Assembly (NCBI GenBank): GCA_029858505.1
Contig: JAOUEW010000004.1
Span: 131,779-195,778 of the forward strand
DNA length: 64,000 nt
Origin: Deltaproteobacteria bacterium
GTDB lineage: Bacteria > SAR324 > JACQKK01
Direction: 5' to 3'
The translations under genes and the position numbers were made by a program. A model generated the notes under the pieces. That model was not told the origin of the DNA and did no database searches. It saw only the letters and a list, made by a program, of their open reading frames with translations. Below are positions 14,534 through 23,666 of the stretch, piece after piece (the first letter of the stretch is position 1; each line of letters opens with the position of its first letter).

Positions 14534-15016
14534 ATGATGAAAAAGATGGCTGTTATTTCCATGGTGTTTGGCTTGGCTTTGGCCGGCAACGCCATGGCCA
14601 CTGCCGACGGCGCCGGTTGCGGTGTGGGTCAGCAACTTTTCAAAGGTAAAACCGGATTGGTCAACCATGTGTTGGCCTTCTCTGTCAACGGAACCTTTTC
14701 TGGCACTTCTTCCATTACCTCTGGCACCTCTGGCTGCCATGCCAACGACTCCACCCTGATGCGCGAAAAAGAGCAGCGCGAGTTCATTTCCCTGAACCAG
14801 GACAACCTGTCTTTGGATATGGCCCAAGGCCGCGGTGAGTATCTCTCCACGCTGACTGGCCTGATGGGCTGCTCGGTGGAAGCCCAAGGCGACTTCGCCC
14901 GGATGACCCAGTCCAAGTACGCTGAATTGGCTGGTTCTTCCGACATGCTGAACGCCATCAAAAGCGAACTGGCTGCCGATCCTAAACTGGCCAAAGCTTG
15001 CAGCCGGATTTCCTAA
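14534..15016 (+). CDS. Small secreted four-cysteine protein, DUF3015-like (family assignment from memory)
   Basis: 160 aa, signal peptide, four Cys at conserved spacing (GAGCGVG, TSGCHAND, LMGCSVEA, KACSRIS); paralog of the next gene. Confidence 0.6.
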   Translation: MMKKMAVISMVFGLALAGNAMATADGAGCGVGQQLFKGKTGLVNHVLAFSVNGTFSGTSSITSGTSGCHANDSTLMREKEQREFISLNQDNLSLDMAQGRGEYLSTLTGLMGCSVEAQGDFARMTQSKYAELAGSSDMLNAIKSELAADPKLAKACSRIS

Positions 15017-15071
15017 TCATTTTCCGGGCCGGAGGACGTTCCCCCGGACGGTTTAAACATCCAGATTCATC

Positions 15072-15578
15072 ATGGAGAATACAATGAAAAAACTCATCGG
15101 ATTGGTGATTGCCCTGGGGCTGTTTGCCCCCATGGCCATGGCCGACAACGGCGGTGCTGCCTGCGGTATTGGTGCCACCCTGTTGCGGGGCAAAAGCGGC
15201 GTGGGCCCCCACCTGTCGGCAACCTTTACGGACAGCTTTGTGGAGTACGGTAACTTGCTGTCTTTGACCACCGGAAACTTTAAGCCTGGGTTCTTGGGCT
15301 GCGACCCCAAAAACTCCGTGATCCAACGGGATATGGAGCGCCGGGACTTCGCCAAAGCCAACCAAGAAAACCTCTCCCGCGACATGGCCGCTGGACAGGG
15401 CGAATACCTGAGCACTTTCTCCGGCATGATGGGCTGCTCTCCTGAAGCCCAAGCTCAGTTTGCCCGGGTGATGCAGGCCAAATACAGCAAAATTTCCGCC
15501 AACGCCGACATGGTGGAAGCGGTGAAACTGGAAATGGCCGCCGATCCTCGGTTGGCTTCCGCTTGCAGCCTGTCTTAA
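15072..15578 (+). CDS. Small secreted four-cysteine protein, DUF3015-like paralog
   Basis: 168 aa; collinear with the previous ORF incl. all four Cys (AACGIG, FLGCDPKN, MMGCSPEA, SACSLS) and the shared block GEYLST..GMMGCS.EAQ..FAR..Q.KY. Confidence 0.6.
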   Translation: MENTMKKLIGLVIALGLFAPMAMADNGGAACGIGATLLRGKSGVGPHLSATFTDSFVEYGNLLSLTTGNFKPGFLGCDPKNSVIQRDMERRDFAKANQENLSRDMAAGQGEYLSTFSGMMGCSPEAQAQFARVMQAKYSKISANADMVEAVKLEMAADPRLASACSLS

Positions 15579-15602
15579 TTTGTCTTTTTTTGGCTGAAAC
15601 GA

Positions 15603-15637
15603 ACCGCCCTTCACGCAAGTGGAGGGCGGTTTTTTTA
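15603..15637 (+). terminator. Rho-independent terminator after the DUF3015 pair (ccgcccttcac-gcaa-gtggagggcgg + T7)
   Basis: 11-bp stem with a GCAA tetraloop followed by ttttttt. Confidence 0.8.
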
Positions 15638-15759
15638 TGGGGTTTTATTTCCCGGTGAATACCCGGTAAGATTTTTGGGTTACGTCTTTTTTGGCGTTCG
15701 GTTTTTCCTCCAATCATTCGGCTACGGCTGTCTGCCCAATCAACTTTCTTCATTTCCCT

Positions 15760-17784
15760 ATGCGCAAAATTTATTTACTTCCTTTGTTCTTGATGGCCTG
15801 GGGGTTGGCGGCCCTTCCGGCGCTGGCCCAGCAATCCGAGGAACCCAAACCAATTATCGCTACCTATGTTCCCCGGAACCCTCAAGAGGGATTGACCCCG
15901 ATTCAATTGGAGCGACTGGCCCAGTTGATGAAAAAGGCCGAGGAAAAAGACCTGTGGAACAACTCGTACTGGCACACGCTGCTGCGATACCAAAAGGGCT
16001 GGTTTGGCGGGGTGAAAAGCCAGGCAGATTCGCCGGTTTTCTTCTTCTCTCCGCAGGGCAAGACCAACCCTAAGGCCGAATTGGAGGCCAATGTGGCGGC
16101 GTTCTTCATGGACAAGCCAGGTTGGAACCGGATGGCGGTTACACCTCAATGTGCGTTTCCTGCCCGCTACCGCTGGCTAAAGGAACAACTGGAATTTAAC
16201 CCCATTTGGATACCCGAACAGACATGCCCAGAGTTTGAATATTGGCGGAAGCAAATTGATATCCAATCCGTGACCTTCATTTACAGCTCTTTTTACATCA
16301 ACAGCCCGGTTTCTGCTTTTGGCCATACCTTCGTTCGGTTGGACAACAAAAAACACACCGATGACCAACGGCTGATGGACCGTGCCATCAATTTTGCCGC
16401 GGCCATCCCCGAGGAAGATACCCATGGGGTCATGTGGGTTTTTTACGGGCTGTTTGGCGGCTACCCCGGGGTGTTCAGCCAGTCACCCTATTACATGAAA
16501 GTGTTGGAATACAGCGACTCTGAAAAACGGGATTTGTGGGAATACCGATTAAACTTTACGCAGGAGGAAAACGACCGGGTGGTAGCTCACCTGTGGGAAA
16601 TGCAATGGGTGTATTTTGATTATTACTTCTTTGATGAAAATTGCTCGTACCATATGCTGCCGGTTTTGGAGGCAGCCCGGCCCGGCCTGAACATGAGGGA
16701 TCATTACCTGCTGTTTACTTTGCCCACCGACACCGTGAGAGATGTGGCCACGGAACCTGGTTTGGTGAGTAAGGTCACCTACCGACCCAGCCGCCTTTCT
16801 CAGATGAAAAAACGGGTGGACATGGTTCCCCCCGCGTTGCGGAGCTTGGCGGATGATCTGGCGGAAAATCCAGCCCTGTATGAAACCCCCGAAGTCAAGG
16901 GGTTAGATGATCCCAGCCGAATCGCCATGCTCGACGCGGCTGTGGAGCGGATCAGGATTCACCTGGATGTAGGGGAACAGACCCCCAACACCGAGCAAAC
17001 TGCGCTTCGCCAGAAACTGAGCCAATTGTTGCTGTTTCGCTCGCAGATACCGGTAGCCAGCCCGCCCATGGACTTTACCCCCTGGCCCCCCAAGGTGGAA
17101 GAAGGTCATAAACCCAGCCGACTGGCGTTGTCGGGTGGGGGCTGGGAGGTTCCGGGGGTGCCCGGAATCCCCACGAGGTTTACTCGGGTGAGCCTGATGC
17201 CGGTGTTTCAAGAGATGCTGTCGGATGATCGGGGGTATGCCGAAAACAGCCAAGTGATCATGTTTCATCTGCAAGGCCGCTATGATGAAGAGACGAAACA
17301 GGGATATTTTGAAAAATTTGACGTGCTAGACGTCATATCCCTGGTGCCATTGTCCAGCGTGCAAAAAACCATGTCCTGGCAGTTTTCTGGGGGTTGGCAT
17401 GATTACGTGGAAACCCCCTGCCCCAACTGTTTGCAGGCTTATTTAAAGGCAGGTTTTGGTTACGCCTTGCAATCTCACGCCTGGGAGCGGGAAACCTTTG
17501 CCCTGATGGGGGGTGCCACCCTGAATGCTGGGCCCATGTTTGATCAGGGCCGGCGGGCGGATGCGTGGGTGGAGGGCTCGTTTTACCTGAACTTGGCGCC
17601 ATGGTGGCGCATGGGTTTTGTGGGGTCCCGCATTGCCCGGGGCAACAACACCCCCGACCCGATGGTGAACGAAGGGTCCTTCCGCCAGCGGTTGACCCTA
17701 AGCCAAAACTGGGAGCTACGCACCGATGTGACCCTGCGTACCGGTCGGCAAGAAGCTTCTGCCGGGCTGGGGTGGTGGTTTTAA
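15760..17784 (+). CDS. DUF4105 (Lnb N-terminal periplasmic domain-like) protein with C-terminal outer-membrane beta-barrel-type ending
   Basis: ~675 aa from MRKIYLLPLFLMAWGLAALPALA (signal peptide); N-terminal region matches the DUF4105 pattern as I recall it; protein ends ...GLGWWF (aromatic C-terminal residue typical of OMPs). The ORF track starts 23 codons earlier at 15691. Confidence 0.55.
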   Translation: MRKIYLLPLFLMAWGLAALPALAQQSEEPKPIIATYVPRNPQEGLTPIQLERLAQLMKKAEEKDLWNNSYWHTLLRYQKGWFGGVKSQADSPVFFFSPQGKTNPKAELEANVAAFFMDKPGWNRMAVTPQCAFPARYRWLKEQLEFNPIWIPEQTCPEFEYWRKQIDIQSVTFIYSSFYINSPVSAFGHTFVRLDNKKHTDDQRLMDRAINFAAAIPEEDTHGVMWVFYGLFGGYPGVFSQSPYYMKVLEYSDSEKRDLWEYRLNFTQEENDRVVAHLWEMQWVYFDYYFFDENCSYHMLPVLEAARPGLNMRDHYLLFTLPTDTVRDVATEPGLVSKVTYRPSRLSQMKKRVDMVPPALRSLADDLAENPALYETPEVKGLDDPSRIAMLDAAVERIRIHLDVGEQTPNTEQTALRQKLSQLLLFRSQIPVASPPMDFTPWPPKVEEGHKPSRLALSGGGWEVPGVPGIPTRFTRVSLMPVFQEMLSDDRGYAENSQVIMFHLQGRYDEETKQGYFEKFDVLDVISLVPLSSVQKTMSWQFSGGWHDYVETPCPNCLQAYLKAGFGYALQSHAWERETFALMGGATLNAGPMFDQGRRADAWVEGSFYLNLAPWWRMGFVGSRIARGNNTPDPMVNEGSFRQRLTLSQNWELRTDVTLRTGRQEASAGLGWWF

Positions 17785-17844
17785 GGGAGGCTTTGAGGGA
17801 CGCCGCCTGAAAGGTGGCAGGGAGGGGTAACGTTGTAAACATCC

Positions 17845-18726
17845 ATGTCTGGGGCTTTCATGACGACTCGGATGACGATGGGGCTGGCCGGGGTGTTGGC
17901 CGGACTGCTGGCCATGATGCTCGGCGGCTGCGATTCGCTGTTCTATCAACCCAGCCGGGCCATGACCGCCACCCCGGAGAATATCCATCTGGCCTACTCT
18001 GACCTGTGGCTGGAAAGCCCAGGTCAGCCCAAGCTCCACGGCTGGCTGCTGCCCGCCAAGGGCCCCCGCAAGGGGTGGGTGGTGGTGTTCCACGGCAACG
18101 CGGCCAATATTTCGAATCACATGTATGGGGTGCATTGGCTCCCTGGCGAAGGCTACTCGGTGATGGTTTGGGATTACCGGGGCTATGGCCGCAGCGCGGG
18201 AGAGCCCGACCGGGAAGGCTTGGTGAACGATGGAGAGCGGGCCCTGGCCAAGGCCCGTGAACTGGCGGGCAACGAACCCCTGTTTGTTTATGGCCAAAGC
18301 CTGGGGGGGGCCGTGGCCCTGGCCACCTTGGGTAAAACCGGCATCACGGGCCTGAACGGGCTGATTCTGGAATCCACCTTTGGCTCTTACCGGGCGATGG
18401 CCAGGGAAAAAATGAGCGAGCTGTGGCCCCTGTGGCCGATTCAATACCCCTTGTCTTGGCTGCTGATCTCTGAGGAGTGGAACGGCGAAGACCCTCTTCC
18501 CAAGCTGGCGGCCCTTCCTCTGCTGGTGGCTCACCAGGTGGATGACCCGGTGGTGTCATTCGACAATGGGAAGCGCCTGTTTGATTCCTTCCCTGGCGCC
18601 GACAAAACCTTCCTCCCCTTGGATGAGGACGGGCATATCAGCGTGTTTGCCCCCAAATACAGCCCCTACCGCAAGCCATTGCTCGATTGGATGGACAAAC
18701 GGCGGCAGAGAACCCCAGCCCCCTAA
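17845..18726 (+). CDS. Alpha/beta-hydrolase fold lipoprotein (esterase/peptidase-like)
   Basis: 293 aa; lipobox LGGC; nucleophile elbow GQSLGG, conserved HGNAAN oxyanion region, Asp and His downstream. Confidence 0.7.
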   Translation: MSGAFMTTRMTMGLAGVLAGLLAMMLGGCDSLFYQPSRAMTATPENIHLAYSDLWLESPGQPKLHGWLLPAKGPRKGWVVVFHGNAANISNHMYGVHWLPGEGYSVMVWDYRGYGRSAGEPDREGLVNDGERALAKARELAGNEPLFVYGQSLGGAVALATLGKTGITGLNGLILESTFGSYRAMAREKMSELWPLWPIQYPLSWLLISEEWNGEDPLPKLAALPLLVAHQVDDPVVSFDNGKRLFDSFPGADKTFLPLDEDGHISVFAPKYSPYRKPLLDWMDKRRQRTPAP

Positions 18727-18879
18727 AACCCGCTGCCCTGCTTTCCCTCTTCCTTCCCCCCTTCCCCCTTCCCCCCACTCTATTCTCGCCCTTCCCCTCA
18801 CTCCAAAACGCTTGGTTTTTTGTTGTGCCACCCACCTGAGGGTTGGATGTCTCGGTGCTGACTAGAAATATTCCCTGGT

Positions 18880-19420
18880 CTTTCGCAATTTCATAAAAAG
18901 GGAGTTATTTGGACATTTCTCGTTTAACCGAATAGAACAAAGCACAGGCATATTTCCGCAAAGTCACATGGAGATGGATGAAAAGAATAACTTATATAAG
19001 TAAAAATACATAATAATTAGTATTTTTAGGTGAAACAACGGACCGTGTTATTATAAGTAATATATACTTAAATGAATATATTCACATGGGCCATCTGTTC
19101 ATATTTTCATTGATTATTTTTACATATACGCTTAAAAGGAACGTTAGACAGATAGAATACCAAACAGAGATATAGTTCAGTAATATATACTCATTCTTGT
19201 TCTCAATAAAAAAACTTTTCGTTATAAGTGGTAAATTAACTTATTTTCGTATATTTACTTGGAGCTGTGTTTTGTGGAAAGGCATTGGCAGGAAAAAACC
19301 GGAATAGGTTCCAATAAAAACAAAACATATCAATTTGATATGAATAGATAGGCCCAAGTAAGCCAGGGACGGGAAACGTCATCCATCCGCCTTGGATTCT
19401 GAAACGGTTGAAGTTTGATC
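18880..19420. other. AT-rich (~30% GC) non-coding island in a ~60% GC genome, with short repeated motifs (ttataagt x3, gtaatatatact x2)
   Basis: Composition shift visible directly; no ORF >15 codons with a plausible start; sits immediately upstream of the CI-like regulator gene. Confidence 0.7.
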
Positions 19421-19487
19421 CGTGAAAGGGTGGGGAAGGATCGAATTGGATGGTTTCCCTACAATCTTTTTTCGAAAGATCAACATC

Positions 19488-19934
19488 ATGGCTACTCCCC
19501 AAACGCTTCATGACATTATTGAGCGTGTTGAATATTTGCGGACGTTTTTGGGGTTAAACAAAAGCCGATTTTCCGGGGAAATTGGCCTGAAACCCCAAAC
19601 CTACAATAATTTTATTGGGGCCCAGGGCAGCAAGCCCAGCATTGAATTGGTGATGGGGGTGGTGCAGCGGTTTGGGGTCAACCCCACTTGGGTGCTGACC
19701 GGGGGTGGGGGTATGTTTCAGGACGAGGTCAGTGAGAAACGAGCCCTGGAAACCCTGCGGGGGGGGAGTTATGATTCTGTGGTGGCCGATTCGTACCAGC
19801 GGGAAAAAGACAGCAAACGCCGGGAGGATGTGATGGAGAACTTGCTTAAAAAAATGGAAACCTTTGAAGAGACCCTGCGGCAGATGGACCAGCGCCTTCA
19901 GCAGATGGGAAACCCGCAAGATACGAAACGATAA
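19488..19934 (+). CDS. Phage CI-repressor-type HTH transcriptional regulator (N-terminal HTH, C-terminal charged coiled-coil; no peptidase S24 domain)
   Basis: 148 aa from MATPQTL; LNKSRFSGEIGLKPQTYNNF HTH followed by GVNPTWVLTG, which is the NP.W(L/V)L.G signature of the Phage_CI_repr family; GC lower than flanking genes. The ORF track starts at 19422. Confidence 0.6.
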   Translation: MATPQTLHDIIERVEYLRTFLGLNKSRFSGEIGLKPQTYNNFIGAQGSKPSIELVMGVVQRFGVNPTWVLTGGGGMFQDEVSEKRALETLRGGSYDSVVADSYQREKDSKRREDVMENLLKKMETFEETLRQMDQRLQQMGNPQDTKR

Positions 19935-20159
19935 CAGGAATTCCTCTCGGCAGGCCCTTTTTTTACGCCCTTTACGTTTATTTTCCCCCGATTTTTCTCG
20001 GGATTTTTTTTCCCCTTTTGGGGGAGAATAGGATTTGCCTTTGACGGAGACTTCCCGCAAGAATATAGGAAATTGTTAGCCCTTCCGCTGAGGATAGCAG
20101 GGCGGAATTTCGCCCCAGGGAACCAAAACAGGGGGGGGTGATAAAACCAAGGATCGGCC

Positions 20160-21317
20160 ATGGCTTTCGCCACGGGACAACCCATCAGCCCCATGCTGGG
20201 GGCTTTGTCTCAATATCAAATTCTGTTGGTGGACGATGACCCCACCAACTTGCAGGTGTTGTCGAACTGCTTAATGCCCCAGGGATACCGTCTGCTGCAT
20301 GCCACCCATGGCGAGCGGGCCCTTTCCATTTGCCAAAACACCACCCCCGACTTGGTGCTGCTGGACGTTGGACTGCCCGGCATGGATGGGTTCGAGGTCT
20401 GCCGTCAGTTAAAAGCCCTTCGAAGTTTGGCCGATACTCCGGTGGTGTTTTTGTCGGCGTTTAAAGACTCGGCCAGCAAGGTGAAGGGGTTTCAGGCCGG
20501 GGGGGTGGACTATGTGGATAAACCGTTTAACTACGATGAACTGTTGGCCCGGGTGGAAACCCACCTCACCCTGAAAATCGCCCGGCAAAAACTGGCCCGC
20601 CAAAACGAAGAAATTGAAAGCCTGCTGCACGTGCTTTCCCACGATTTGTCGAACCCCCTTTCGGCCATCATGGGGTTCTGCCAGCTGGCTTCCATTCTGC
20701 CCACCTATCAAGACCCCGACACCCAAGAATTGTGGCGCAACGTGCATCTGGCCCTGGCCCAGCAAGAGGAAATTATCGAGCACGTGCGCGAAATGCGGGC
20801 GTTGGAAATGGGCAAGAAGACCATCGAGCTTACGCCGGTGAACCTGGGAGATTCGCTGCTGACCGTGGCGAAAATTTTTCATCATAAGCTGAGCGAAAAG
20901 CAAATCCATCTCGATTTACAACTGACTCCTGAAAAGGAAAACTGGAAGGTAATGGCGGAGTACACCAGCCTGACCCACAACGTGATGAGCAATCTGGTGT
21001 CGAACGCCATCAAGTTTTCCGACCGGGGAAAGACCGTGTCCATTTCTCTGGAGGAAGAACCTGTGGGGAAGATTCACCTGTCGGTGGCCGACCAGGGGAT
21101 TGGCATTCCTGATGATCTGTTGAAAACCATCTTTTCCAACGACCAGCCCACCAGCCGGCCCGGCACCGAAATGGAACTGGGCACCGGGTTTGGCATGCCC
21201 CTGGTGAAAAAATACGTGGAGATTTACGGGGGAGAGATCGAAGTGGAAAGCATGTCTCGGGTGAGCGGAGGGGGCACCAGCGGCACCACCATTCATCTGC
21301 GCTTGAAGCGGGCCTAA
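20160..21317 (+). CDS. Hybrid response-regulator receiver / histidine kinase (REC-HisKA-HATPase_c), soluble, no sensor domain
   Basis: 385 aa; REC with phospho-acceptor context LLDVGLPGMDG; H-box LSHDLSNPLSAI; N, G1 (DQGIGIP) and G2 (GTGFGMPLV) boxes. Confidence 0.85.
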   Translation: MAFATGQPISPMLGALSQYQILLVDDDPTNLQVLSNCLMPQGYRLLHATHGERALSICQNTTPDLVLLDVGLPGMDGFEVCRQLKALRSLADTPVVFLSAFKDSASKVKGFQAGGVDYVDKPFNYDELLARVETHLTLKIARQKLARQNEEIESLLHVLSHDLSNPLSAIMGFCQLASILPTYQDPDTQELWRNVHLALAQQEEIIEHVREMRALEMGKKTIELTPVNLGDSLLTVAKIFHHKLSEKQIHLDLQLTPEKENWKVMAEYTSLTHNVMSNLVSNAIKFSDRGKTVSISLEEEPVGKIHLSVADQGIGIPDDLLKTIFSNDQPTSRPGTEMELGTGFGMPLVKKYVEIYGGEIEVESMSRVSGGGTSGTTIHLRLKRA

Positions 21318-21414
21318 ATAAAAGGGGCTCCGGGCTGGAAGACAGGCAAAAAAGGAGGAAAAACCTGTCTAGGGGGTTCCAGTCCGGAGCTTTCCGGGGG
21401 CAGGGGATGCCCTG

Positions 21415-21591
21415 CTAATTCTCGAACATTTCGCTGTTTCCCCAACGGTGGCCCACATGGGAATGGGCCACGCTTTTTTGATCGGGCAGCTTTTGAATCA
21501 TCCCGCCTTCTTTTAGAAAACGCTGGATGGCCCGCTGTAGTTCCTGATGCGAGATGGTTTGTTTTTCTTTTCCCTTCCGGTGTGAGATCAC
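21415..21591 (-). CDS. Possible small ORF (59 codons from a GTG) with no ATG start; uncertain
   Basis: Open frame of 101 codons on the minus strand ending ...KEKQTISHQELQRAIQRFLKEGGMIQKLPDQKSVAHSHVGHRWGNSEMFEN*; protein-like composition but no recognisable family and no canonical start. Confidence 0.2.
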   Translation of the reverse strand: MISHRKGKEKQTISHQELQRAIQRFLKEGGMIQKLPDQKSVAHSHVGHRWGNSEMFEN

Positions 21592-21805
21592 GGCAGACTC
21601 CCGCTGCGAGGGTGGGTAGAATGTCCATGGGCCCCTGGAATGGCTAGGCGCGCCATGGACGGGGGTCTTCTTCCATGTTAAACGTTCTAACCATATAGAG
21701 GTTTGATCTCCCCAAAAGGTTCAAATGGGACCCGCATGGAGGGAAATCAACCCATCTACCCGTGTACGCACTGAAATCGCTCACCCTTTTTCTTTGGTAT
21801 CTCGC

Positions 21806-22846
21806 ATGTTTCCCGTTCCCCCTTTGAAAAACGATCTGTTCTTCCGGGCCTTGAATCACCAGCCGGTGCCCCGGGTGCCGGTGTGGATGATGCGCCAAGC
21901 GGGCCGCTCTGACCCTGAATACAACGCCTACAAAGAAAAAAGCGGCCTGACCCTGCACCAATTGTTTCGCAGCCCAGAACACGCCGCTGAAATTTCTTTG
22001 CTGCCCCGCCGGTTTGGGGTGGACGCCATCATTTTTTTTCAAGATATTCTGACCCCCCTGGAACCCATGGGGGCCGACTTTCACTTTGTTCCCGGCCCCA
22101 AGCTGGCCGCCCCCCTGCGCCACGTGGATCAGGTGCAGAACCTGACGACCTTTGACCCGGCCGAAGGGCTGCCCTTTGTGGCCCAAACCCTGGCCGAGGT
22201 CAACCGCCGGCTGGCGGGGGAACTGCCCCTGCTGGGGTTTGCCGGCGCCCCGTTTACCCTGGCGGCTTTTTTGATTGAAGGGGGCAGCCCCATGAAGGGC
22301 ATGCCCCACACCCTGGCCTTTGCCGCCGAGCAGCCCAGGGCTTTTATGCAGCTGCTGGATAAACTGGCCGAAGTGACCACCCTGTATTTAAACCACCAGT
22401 TGGCCTCTGGCGCCCATGCCGTGCAGTTGTTCGAGTCGGCGGGAGATTTGATCCCCGAGGAACTCTACAAGCGTTACGCCCAGCCCATTCACCAGGCCAT
22501 TCTGGAGTCGGTGCGGGGGCCTTCCATTTTGTTCGTGAAGGATTCTCCCTTCCCCGATTTAATGGCCCAAACCCCGGCGGCGGTGTTGAGCCTGGGTCAC
22601 CAGGTGAACCTGAAAGACATGCTGGCCCGTGGCCAGGGGCGCTATGCCGTTCAGGGCAACGTCAGCAATCAATTGCTGGCGACCGGAACCCCCGACCAGG
22701 TGGCCCAGGCCGTGGCCAACTGCATTCGCTCCACCGGGGGCCGGGGGCATATTCTCAACCTGGACCACGGCCTAAAGGCCGAAACCCCCTTCCAAAATGT
22801 GCTGGCCTTTGTGCAGGCGGCCAAAAATACCCCCCTGGGGGCCTAA
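21806..22846 (+). CDS. hemE: Uroporphyrinogen decarboxylase
   Basis: Signature PVWMMRQAGR near the N-terminus; start placed at MFPVPPLKNDLFFRAL (the ORF track extends 27 codons upstream). Confidence 0.9.
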   Translation: MFPVPPLKNDLFFRALNHQPVPRVPVWMMRQAGRSDPEYNAYKEKSGLTLHQLFRSPEHAAEISLLPRRFGVDAIIFFQDILTPLEPMGADFHFVPGPKLAAPLRHVDQVQNLTTFDPAEGLPFVAQTLAEVNRRLAGELPLLGFAGAPFTLAAFLIEGGSPMKGMPHTLAFAAEQPRAFMQLLDKLAEVTTLYLNHQLASGAHAVQLFESAGDLIPEELYKRYAQPIHQAILESVRGPSILFVKDSPFPDLMAQTPAAVLSLGHQVNLKDMLARGQGRYAVQGNVSNQLLATGTPDQVAQAVANCIRSTGGRGHILNLDHGLKAETPFQNVLAFVQAAKNTPLGA

Positions 22847-22951
22847 CGGCCCCCCGGCGGTCTGCCGCTTGTGCGAACCCCCCAGGTTGGTTAGGATAAT
22901 GGGATATCTTCCCGTAAGCGTCTGAACTTCGGCGGGGCACATTTTATATCT

Positions 22952-23434
22952 ATGAATGATTCCAGGGTGATGGATCTGGCGATTCCCAAGTCCTTGTTGG
23001 ATGAGTGCTACGGCCACGGGGGAGAAACCTACCCGGAGGAAGCCTGTGGCGTGTTGTCCGGCCCCCAGGGAGAGCCCCGGGTAGATGCCCGGCACCCCTT
23101 TGAAAACCGGATGACCCGGCTCCATCAGTTGGATCCCGTCCAATATCCCCGCACGGGGAAAGACGGCTATCACATGGACCCCCTGGCGTTTCTCAAGCTG
23201 GAAAAAAAACTGCGGGAGGATGGCCGGGAGGTCAAAGCCATCTACCATTCTCATCCCGACTGCGGGGCGTATTTTTCTCAAGAAGACACCGATCAGGCCC
23301 TGTGGGAGGGCCAACCCCGGCATCCAGGCATTGTGTATTTGGTGTGCGGGGTAAAACAACAACGGCCAGATGGGGCCATTCTGGCTTGGTTTAATCCCGC
23401 GACCGGGGGGTTTAACACCAAACCGGTGGAGTAG
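22952..23434 (+). CDS. JAMM/MPN+ (Mov34) family metallo-isopeptidase
   Basis: 160 aa; EACGVLSG (E..CG) and HSHPDCGAYFSQED (H.H...S..D) zinc-binding JAMM motif. Confidence 0.75.
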   Translation: MNDSRVMDLAIPKSLLDECYGHGGETYPEEACGVLSGPQGEPRVDARHPFENRMTRLHQLDPVQYPRTGKDGYHMDPLAFLKLEKKLREDGREVKAIYHSHPDCGAYFSQEDTDQALWEGQPRHPGIVYLVCGVKQQRPDGAILAWFNPATGGFNTKPVE

Positions 23435-23666
23435 GGGGGTAAAAAATCGCGTAGGGGATATGGACGGGGAATAGGGGAATGAATAGCGGATCCAAGATGC
23501 CTAAATATTGGCCCCGCTGGACAGCGCTTTCTCCCAGGGCAGGGGGATGGGGAAAAATAGGTTATGCAAAGGTCTCAAAGAGATTTTAAGAAATCGTCAT
23601 GAAAAGTGAATTTTCTAATCCAAAAATTTTACTGACGCCGCAGACATCCACAGCACCAGGAGACAA

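Noticed and set aside
18880-19420. Chromosomal replication origin (oriC) hypothesis for the AT-rich island
   Set aside because: No dnaA or dnaN gene nearby and no convincing DnaA boxes (only one 7/9 match, ttgtggaaa); more consistent with a regulatory or acquired region
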